Source: a virus
Direction: 5' to 3' (one strand)
IMG/VR virus record: IMGVR_UViG_3300022895_000010
Length of the DNA stretch: 64,000 bases
Below, in pieces: positions 57,901 to 64,000 of this stretch. Below the pieces are notes generated by a model. It was given only the letters and a program-made list of their open reading frames with translations. It was not told the DNA's origin and searched no databases. Numbering within the stretch: the stretch's first letter is position 1; each line of letters starts with the position of its first letter. Made by a program: the position numbers and the translations under genes.

Positions 57901-60900
57901 TTTGAGCATTTCTTTCTTTAATAGCATTTTGAATACTTTCAATTCTTGCACTATTCTTACCTTTTTTATCGTTAGCTGTTTCCTCATTTTCAAGTCTTTC
58001 TTCATCGTTCTCTTTAGTTTCATCGTCAAGTTTCTTTCTACGAATTTCATCGTTACTTAACTTGATGGATACTGGAACTGTATTGATAATCTTATCTAAA
58101 TGACCACCACTAATAAATACATGATTATTTTTACCAGTGTGTTCACTTTCAGTTCTACCTCCACCAATACCGAAACCAGAGATTTTACTCTTAGCCCATT
58201 GGAAGCCTTGTTTAGCTTTTGTACCAGTCCATTTAATACCTTGAATAGCTTTACCGCCTGCCCATTTAGCTCCAGAAGCAACTTTAGCGCCAAGCATTGT
58301 AGCTACATCGATTGATTTATTAAGAACATTACCTGCAAAGTCCAATACATGAGGTAAAGCTTTTTCACTAAATTCTAATAGTCTACTTCCTACTTTACCA
58401 ATACCGCTTGCCATTTTACCGAATACTTCAGTAGTTTTTTCAACAGTCTTAGAAAGGAAGCTCTTACCTTTAGTTAATACTGAAGATAAAATTTCTCTAC
58501 CTTTAGTAATTGATTTACCCATGAAATCCTTCACATTGTCAAGCTTTCCAGTAATTTTGTTAGTTAACCCACTGATACTACCTTTGATGATATCGAGTGG
58601 TTTTGTAAGAAAACTCATGAAACCTTTTGCTTTCTGGCTAGCCATAGACTTACCATTGTTGAAAATTCGTTTCCCTTTGTTTAACCAACGTTTATAGAAT
58701 GGTGCATCCATATCGTCTAATTCTAAATTATCAATATCAATATCTTCTATATCATTACCGTTTCCATTACGACGTTTCCAAGGCATTTTAAGTTTAGAAG
58801 ATAAAGCAAACTTAATTGAAATATCACGAATATTTTTAATATTTTGACTTAATCCTTCAACTGGTTCTAATTTAGTACTGATATCAGTTAAAAGTTTATT
58901 ATTAGTTTCAAGTAAACCTAATGTATCTTCATAGAAGTTATCTCCTGCTTCAACACGTTTAGCAGACGATTGAGGATCTTGTCTGTTAAGTAAGAATTCT
59001 TTAATTTCTAATACATTCTGTCTAATGCTATCTAAAATACCATTACTTGCAGAACCGAAATTAAATTTAGAACCTTTAAGTGAAGAACGTCTAAGAATTT
59101 TACTACTAGAACCATTATTAACTGAAGCAGTAGAAGATGTTTGAGAATCATCTGCAAGGTATTCATCATTGAATACATCATCGATATCTTGTTGTACGGA
59201 ATCAATAAGATTTCTATTATTTCTACCATAATCAATCTTTTTAATTTCCTTACCGTCACGAAGACTTTCAATACTTTCCCTAACAATTTCCTCTACATCA
59301 TCACCATGTTTAATAGCATTCTGAATATTAGCTACTAAGTTTACAGTACCAGAAAGAAGATTTTCATTGATACCATTAGCACCACTACTAAATACTTGAT
59401 CTTTAGTATTAAATAATACTTTACCTACAACTTTTTCTAAGGCACGGTTAGCCTTATCATCAGTCTTATCGAAATATTCACCATAAAGAATTAAATCACG
59501 AATTTCTTCAGGAGTAGATACATTCATTTTAACATCTGAGATTAATTCTTGAATAGTTTTCTCATTATCTTTATCTCTAAAGCGTTTATCTTTTAAGTTT
59601 AAATCATAAGCATTATGCCATGATTCATTACCTTCAATGAATCCCATAACCTCATTCTTCTCTTTAAGAGCTTCTAAAAGATTACGTTGAACTTTCATAC
59701 GTTCAGTAGCACGCATACTAGTGAAGTATTTCTTAACATCTTTAGCGATACCTTTATCATCTGATATTTCATCTAAATCAATATCATCAGTAATGAGAAT
59801 TTGGTTATCAATAATACGATTAAAAGCATTATCTAACTTATTACGATATTGGTCATCTCCTGCTTTATCATTATTATCAAGAATTTCATCTTTATATCGT
59901 CTCATCTTAACATTGTTTTTAGAACGTCTTTCTTGTTCATCTTTGAATTCAGTTCTCACAGCTTTCTTAGTTGTAAATGAACCATTGTCATAGTCATAAA
60001 CTAATTCTTGCTGATAAACTTTATCCTTAGAAACAGATGCTAGGATCTTAGATAATAAACTAGGAATTACATTGACAATTGCACGTCTTGTAATGCCATC
60101 AAAATGAACTTTACCTTTTTCATAATTTAATTCTAATCTTCTCTTACGTTCAGTCTTAACACCAAAGATATCAAATATCTGCTCTGCAAATGGGAAACTT
60201 CCTTTATCAGCCCAGTTCTTCATCTTAGCATTAAGAACTAAATGCATGTTACCAACTACATCATTAAGAGATTTAATGAATGAAATAGCACCTTTAGGAA
60301 GCATTCTTTGAATACCATAAGTCAAAGCCATACCTAATGGGTTTGCCGCTATTGAACCTAAGATACCTTTAGCCATACTACCTACTTGACTAGCTCCTCG
60401 ATCTTCCATATATTTAGAGAATTTCTCTTTATAGAAGTCCATACTAAAGCCTTGTCTTGAAAGAAGGTCATCCATATTTTTATTCTGCTCACTAATTTTA
60501 GCACGACCCATTTCAAGTTGCCCAATACCTGCTACAATGTTTTCAATATTAGCTAAAGTATTATTCATATTTGTAGCTTGTTCAGACATTTCATTGTAGT
60601 GTTGTAACGTATTATCTTGTTGGAATGTAAGCATTTCATTCATAGTATGATTTAGAACACTAAAACCAATACCATTATTTCTCATAACATTATTAGAGAT
60701 TTTACCTAATGTAGCTACAGTTTCCCTGTTATCAGTAACATTACTTACAATAATTTTCTTATTATCAACATTAGTGATATTATTTTTGGTTTCTTTCTTA
60801 GTTTTACCAGATTTATCTTCAACAAAATCTTCACTGAAGTCCATCTCACCTAAATCAAACTCAAGACCCATTTCTTTAGCTATTTCTGCAGTCTTACCTT

Positions 60901-61204
60901 CAAGTCTATCAGTATTATAAAGATTACCAGACTTTAAATCTGCAATAGCATTTTTAATCATTTCTTCAGTAGTTTTATAGATATAAGTTTCTTTAATCTT
61001 ACCATCATTAATTTTATCTTTCTTAACTTGGTAGATTTCCTTCATGAATTTTGCGTTATCTTCAATAGTATTATTCAGGGAAGGAGCCATGTTTCTAAGA
61101 ACATCCATAGAAGCATGTCTAGTACTTCTTACAACGTTTCTAAAAACTCGGTTTTGAGAACCTAATCCACCACCGTTATTACCGCCACCAAAATTAAACA
61201 TCAT
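54935..61204 (-). CDS. Tape-measure-like tail protein with M23 peptidase and lysozyme-like domains
   Basis: 2089 aa; helical and Gly/Ala-rich regions; M23 motifs HKGVDI, GYGN, YGH, STGPHCHFEV (~56080-56445); LSA.EE...GD.GG.SYG..QF lysozyme-like domain (~55430-56030); late motif at 61238-61249. Confidence 0.8.
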   Translation of the reverse strand: MMFNFGGGNNGGGLGSQNRVFRNVVRSTRHASMDVLRNMAPSLNNTIEDNAKFMKEIYQVKKDKINDGKIKETYIYKTTEEMIKNAIADLKSGNLYNTDRLEGKTAEIAKEMGLEFDLGEMDFSEDFVEDKSGKTKKETKNNITNVDNKKIIVSNVTDNRETVATLGKISNNVMRNNGIGFSVLNHTMNEMLTFQQDNTLQHYNEMSEQATNMNNTLANIENIVAGIGQLEMGRAKISEQNKNMDDLLSRQGFSMDFYKEKFSKYMEDRGASQVGSMAKGILGSIAANPLGMALTYGIQRMLPKGAISFIKSLNDVVGNMHLVLNAKMKNWADKGSFPFAEQIFDIFGVKTERKRRLELNYEKGKVHFDGITRRAIVNVIPSLLSKILASVSKDKVYQQELVYDYDNGSFTTKKAVRTEFKDEQERRSKNNVKMRRYKDEILDNNDKAGDDQYRNKLDNAFNRIIDNQILITDDIDLDEISDDKGIAKDVKKYFTSMRATERMKVQRNLLEALKEKNEVMGFIEGNESWHNAYDLNLKDKRFRDKDNEKTIQELISDVKMNVSTPEEIRDLILYGEYFDKTDDKANRALEKVVGKVLFNTKDQVFSSGANGINENLLSGTVNLVANIQNAIKHGDDVEEIVRESIESLRDGKEIKKIDYGRNNRNLIDSVQQDIDDVFNDEYLADDSQTSSTASVNNGSSSKILRRSSLKGSKFNFGSASNGILDSIRQNVLEIKEFLLNRQDPQSSAKRVEAGDNFYEDTLGLLETNNKLLTDISTKLEPVEGLSQNIKNIRDISIKFALSSKLKMPWKRRNGNGNDIEDIDIDNLELDDMDAPFYKRWLNKGKRIFNNGKSMASQKAKGFMSFLTKPLDIIKGSISGLTNKITGKLDNVKDFMGKSITKGREILSSVLTKGKSFLSKTVEKTTEVFGKMASGIGKVGSRLLEFSEKALPHVLDFAGNVLNKSIDVATMLGAKVASGAKWAGGKAIQGIKWTGTKAKQGFQWAKSKISGFGIGGGRTESEHTGKNNHVFISGGHLDKIINTVPVSIKLSNDEIRRKKLDDETKENDEERLENEETANDKKGKNSARIESIQNAIKERNAQILGFMKDLITPALGAAGGALAGLAGGLGSKIFGGRFGRKRGNTVTTQQGDFRVRGTRSRNGNANGTGRAKRKGLFGKISGGLGNMLSRPEEATPVYVVGGSLDGGGVGGMASGLLGGGDGLNPADLLGGGEGRNNTRSGRHGRNANQPNTRMGRRQARGGRLAGRLGGRGLATAGAVGGLGAASTLGATSVGATTAGATSAIASGAGATAGAGAGVAKGAGMLGKLGKFGKFIPGIGAGLAIADGAYSAFDGWGSAGDVFKTADPTLGQKMSSATGGVLSSLTLGLVGQDTIAKGLHGAGSLVTDTVSSIGSGIWNGVKNIGSAIGDGISGMASSIGSGLSSAGSALYKLSPMSMLDNLTDKAKDFLNGQDGKKAMDDPEKVANFAFNMSPFGLVYNLGDKAKGFFKKKDGETESIWDKLFGKKEDSNGNKSGGFLGNMFGSGISGGIFGSLLKKIFTGSKDKASAESGGSSSGGTSGGSGKSQLEWPVPGHTKTSSPFSNRTNPVTGKNENHKGVDIPAPTGTPIVAAEAGTVVISRVVNGYGNYVRIKHNDGLETGYGHCSQLIAKEGEQVTRGQKIALVGSTGQSTGPHCHFEVIKDGTHVDPMPYITGGGSGSAAQGIYRLSALEEVGSAMGDPGGITNSAGDHGGKSYGTPQFSLNMGSLASFVDSLKTRKPEYYEKLSAHKLGSSGFDQAWKELAKNNKEEFDQIQNDTIVQGSYAQGIAKIKSRTGLDVNSRSKTIQSVAYSTVVQHGAGGAGTVWANALGSNAGSMDDATIINKVYDERGAGNGSKYFPSSSGAIQRGVAKRFQREKQNALKMLQSEKSGGDFNGPIMGQGGGEEADAEVEKLMVEMGLKQSVFNSPPSQYENGTMMTPMDTISMASGNLLESTQAISKIANVNNGNNSARMDKFIEMQKLLQDLVAVNKDTNTQAVKGNDLLSKVVDLLSGINESSEKVKVNTSSSRNDIGSSFGLESLGLVENIARGN

Positions 61205-61333
61205 TTCACCAACTTTCTAGTATGTATGTTCTTGTATTAATCAATTGTTTGAATACACAAGAATATGTAAAATTATAAAAAAAAAATATGGCATACAAAG
61301 ATGTATACCATATTTTAGTTTAATATATATATA

Positions 61334-61672
61334 TTAAAGGGTTTCTTTTTTACTCCAAGAAACACAAATTGTTGTCGTTTCCTTAACGAATTCATTTACT
61401 GATCTCGATGTTGAATTAGCTCTAAGACCTTTTGATCTTAATAATTCAACTAATCTTTCTTCATTACCTTTACCAAAGCGATCATCTTTATAAGTAAGCA
61501 TATAACGAGTTTGACCTTCTTTAGCTCGATTTTTTAAATCTGAATATAATTCTTTTACAGCTTTTTTAAATTTCTTTTCATTTTCTTTTTCCATTCTACC
61601 TTCAGACATGTATACAAGTCTTGCATTCCAATCAGTCTTTTGTTTAAGTGTTGCAATTAATGATAATAACAT
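61334..61672 (-). CDS. Hypothetical protein
   Basis: 112-aa ORF with SD GGAGG. Confidence 0.55.
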   Translation of the reverse strand: MLLSLIATLKQKTDWNARLVYMSEGRMEKENEKKFKKAVKELYSDLKNRAKEGQTRYMLTYKDDRFGKGNEERLVELLRSKGLRANSTSRSVNEFVKETTTICVSWSKKETL

Positions 61673-61723
61673 ATTTAGTTACCTCCAAATTATACTATAA
61701 ATTATATTTAATATTATAAACGA

Positions 61724-62335
61724 TTATGATACTTGAACTGGGTTGTTGATTGACAGAATATAATTCTGTTTGTAGTTAATTAATTCAATTAATTTTTCTT
61801 CATCTAAAACCATTTCAAACAATACTTCAGCAACTTTTTTAATACATTCTAAGATAACATAAAGAGTCGTATTAAAACGCTTTTCCTTATCGATGGATGA
61901 TATATTATATTCCTTATGCCACTTACGTTCTGGGTATTGTCGTCTGATTGAAAATAAAGAATTTTCAACATAATCTAAAACATCATACAATTTACCATTC
62001 ATGATATCTTTGTTATTCTTCATTGTAACATTGAAATGATGTTTAGGTATTTCAATTTCTTTACTGTAATCTTTCATAGTATTATACAGAGATCCTAAAT
62101 ACATCATTAGATCAATTACTTCTTCAGCAACTTCTTCTGGATTTCTAGCAATTTTAATTTCAAAGATTTCCTCTAGTGATTGTAGTAAAAGTTTATCAAA
62201 TTTATCAATATCCTTTTGAATACCATTTGGAGGAAACTTTTCAGCGATTAACTTCTGAATTCTAACGAATGGTTCTAATTCAAATGTTACAATACTATCT
62301 TTCTCATTATAATACATAAAGCAGTTGTTTTTCAC
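61724..62335 (-). CDS. All-alpha NTP pyrophosphatase (MazG / dimeric dUTPase-like)
   Basis: SLEEIFE...EEVAEEVIDLMMYL (EExxE...ExxD) and RKWHK. Confidence 0.6.
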   Translation of the reverse strand: MKNNCFMYYNEKDSIVTFELEPFVRIQKLIAEKFPPNGIQKDIDKFDKLLLQSLEEIFEIKIARNPEEVAEEVIDLMMYLGSLYNTMKDYSKEIEIPKHHFNVTMKNNKDIMNGKLYDVLDYVENSLFSIRRQYPERKWHKEYNISSIDKEKRFNTTLYVILECIKKVAEVLFEMVLDEEKLIELINYKQNYILSINNPVQVS

Positions 62336-62425
62336 GTCTCAGTCTCTCCTTAGCGGTCATTTATTCTTATATCAAAAAAATAAAGAGAAAACACATGTAT
62401 AGTGTCTTCTCTTTATTTTCAATTA

Positions 62426-63238
62426 TTATTTATTTTCGTTACGGAAGTTTTCGTTTACTTCTTCCATGTTAATTTCTTCACCGTCTTCAGTTACGAAGAT
62501 TCCATCTTCAGTAGTTTCACCACGAACTACACGAGGGTTTAATTCATGAGTCCAAGTTAATTTTACATGTGGGAACTTGAAGTTCTCGAAGTCAATTCCT
62601 TCTAATGGTGCTTTATAAGTACGACCATTGATCACAGTACGTTTGATAAGTTTACCATTTAAGTTAAATGCTTTACCTTGAGATAGAACTAATTCATCTA
62701 AAGTTTCTTCAAATGCTTTTAGAATACGTTCTGAATCTTTAGTAAGGATTTCAGTTTCAAAGATCTCTTCGATTTTATCTTTTAATACAGTAATGAACTC
62801 ATCACGTTTAACTTGTTTAGTGTTAGGGTTTTTATCTTTAGCTTCTAGTACACGAGCACTTAATTTACCTTTAAGTCCACGACCTTTAGCTTCTTCTTTT
62901 TCTTCTTTCTTAGCTTTAGCAGGAGCCTTAGCTTTACCCTTTGCAGGTGCTTTAGCAGGAGCTTTCTTACCTGTTACTTTCTTAGCAGGTTTTACTTCTT
63001 CCTCTTCTTCTTCAGTAACTTCATCATCTTCTTCTACTTCGTCAGTTACAACTACATCTTCCATTTCTTCAACTTCAGTTTCTTCGATTTGATCTTCCAT
63101 TAATTCTTCAGCTTCCACTGCAGGTTTAACTACTTTAGCAGGTTTTGCAACTTTTCCAGCAACTCCTGGTTTCTTAACTTTTGGTGCAGCCTTTCCTGTA
63201 GTAGCCTTTTCTTTTTTAACGATACGAGTTAATGCCAT
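62426..63238 (-). CDS. HU/IHF-like DNA-binding protein with histone-H1-like and acidic N-terminal extension
   Basis: C-terminal KRDEFI..L.........KDSE..L.AF.E.L..L...G..F.L.G......GR....P; PAK repeats flank a D/E block. Confidence 0.6.
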   Translation of the reverse strand: MALTRIVKKEKATTGKAAPKVKKPGVAGKVAKPAKVVKPAVEAEELMEDQIEETEVEEMEDVVVTDEVEEDDEVTEEEEEEVKPAKKVTGKKAPAKAPAKGKAKAPAKAKKEEKEEAKGRGLKGKLSARVLEAKDKNPNTKQVKRDEFITVLKDKIEEIFETEILTKDSERILKAFEETLDELVLSQGKAFNLNGKLIKRTVINGRTYKAPLEGIDFENFKFPHVKLTWTHELNPRVVRGETTEDGIFVTEDGEEINMEEVNENFRNENK

Positions 63239-63298
63239 GATAATATTCCTCCAATAAAATTAGTTTAGTTGTGTAATAATTTATTAAAAATCAAATAT

Positions 63299-63334
63299 AT
63301 AATATACATTTATAATTTGATTTATTTTTTTGTT
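63299..63334 (-). promoter_or_regulatory. Tandem early and late promoters for the HU-like gene
   Basis: ATAATATACATTT 63299-63311 (early motif on -) and TA-TTTTTT-TGTT 63323-63334 (late motif on -). Confidence 0.55.
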
Positions 63335-63431
63335 AGGTTATCTCTTAACTTTTTAAAAATTAAAAATTATCCTAGACAAATGTAAAATTATTTCTGATGA
63401 TATGTTAATACTGGTATTTAAATTTAAAGAA

Positions 63432-63833
63432 CTAAGCTTGCTTTCTAACTTTAATATATGCTTTAGTTATGTCATGCTGATAATGTACATATACATTTTT
63501 CTTATTTAATTCCTTTTCAATTATATAGAAAAACTTTTCTAATATAATAGTAGTCTTCTGGTTTAACTTTCCTTCATTAATTAATTTATCCATTTCTCTC
63601 TGTAGTGGAACATAGGTAAATCCATGCATTTTAAGTAGATCAATTATAATAATTAATCTGGTATCTTTATTCATTGTAATATAATCTCTCTTAATACCTA
63701 ATGCAGTTTCCTTCCCATATATACTAACATCATAGTCCATTATAAAATCAAATAAATATAAATTATGTGTTGTACTAGATGCATTGGGAGAAAGTCTTAA
63801 CTTCCTATTAATTGGTAAAACAGCTACAACCAT
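63432..63833 (-). CDS. Hypothetical early protein
   Basis: 133-aa ORF; early motif at 63966-63978 (-). Confidence 0.55.
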   Translation of the reverse strand: MVVAVLPINRKLRLSPNASSTTHNLYLFDFIMDYDVSIYGKETALGIKRDYITMNKDTRLIIIIDLLKMHGFTYVPLQREMDKLINEGKLNQKTTIILEKFFYIIEKELNKKNVYVHYQHDITKAYIKVRKQA

Positions 63834-64000
63834 TTCTTTCTATTTCTCCTCTCCAATATGTATTACTTTAAAATATAAATTATACAATATACTTCATTAT
63901 TTTCTCCTTTCTAAATAGATAAATAATAATATTAAAGTAATAATATTTTATTATTTAACACAGTAATAATATGTATTTAAATTTAGTTTTAATTTTACAT

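Noticed and set aside
56457-59993. Several 65-91-aa ORFs antisense to or nested in the 2089-aa gene
   Set aside because: Shadow frames of a long, Gly/Ala-rich gene; no SD or promoter motif seen
62793-63092. Ser/Thr-rich plus-strand ORF
   Set aside because: Antisense shadow of the acidic and PAK tract of the HU-like gene
1-64000. Stop-codon reassignment, tRNAs, introns/inteins, prophage integration functions
   Set aside because: Long ORFs tile the window under the standard code, and no cloverleaf, intron-split gene, intein motif or integrase was recognised by eye

Overview
A very AT-rich, densely coding segment of a lytic jumbo myophage of the AR9/PBS1 (phiKZ-related) type. Strong AGGAGG ribosome-binding sites and peptidoglycan enzymes point to a Firmicutes host. 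Recognisable genes are two split RNA polymerase beta' subunits, a GroEL-like chaperonin, a probable sigma-like promoter-specificity subunit, primase, a 5' nuclease, RNase H, RusA, several nucleotide-metabolism enzymes, an amidase endolysin, holins, baseplate and tail proteins, a 2089-aa tape-measure-like lysin, a MazF-like toxin and an HU-like protein. Two recurring intergenic motifs can be read directly: AACA-N6-TA (19 copies found, matching the AR9 late promoter) and AARTAYATATTAT-like (11 copies found, probable early promoter). The late motif suggests by inference a uracil-substituted genome. The least explained elements are a highly structured ~270-nt locus hiding an 18-codon ORF (45410-45692), a GGA-rich non-coding transcript (17937-18235), a probable -1 frameshift extension (33781-34077), a stand-alone polymerase-palm-like gene, an early restriction-like nuclease and several tandem paralog arrays. 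No tRNA, rRNA, CRISPR array, integrase or IS element was seen. All protein calls come from motif recognition by eye, not from database searches.
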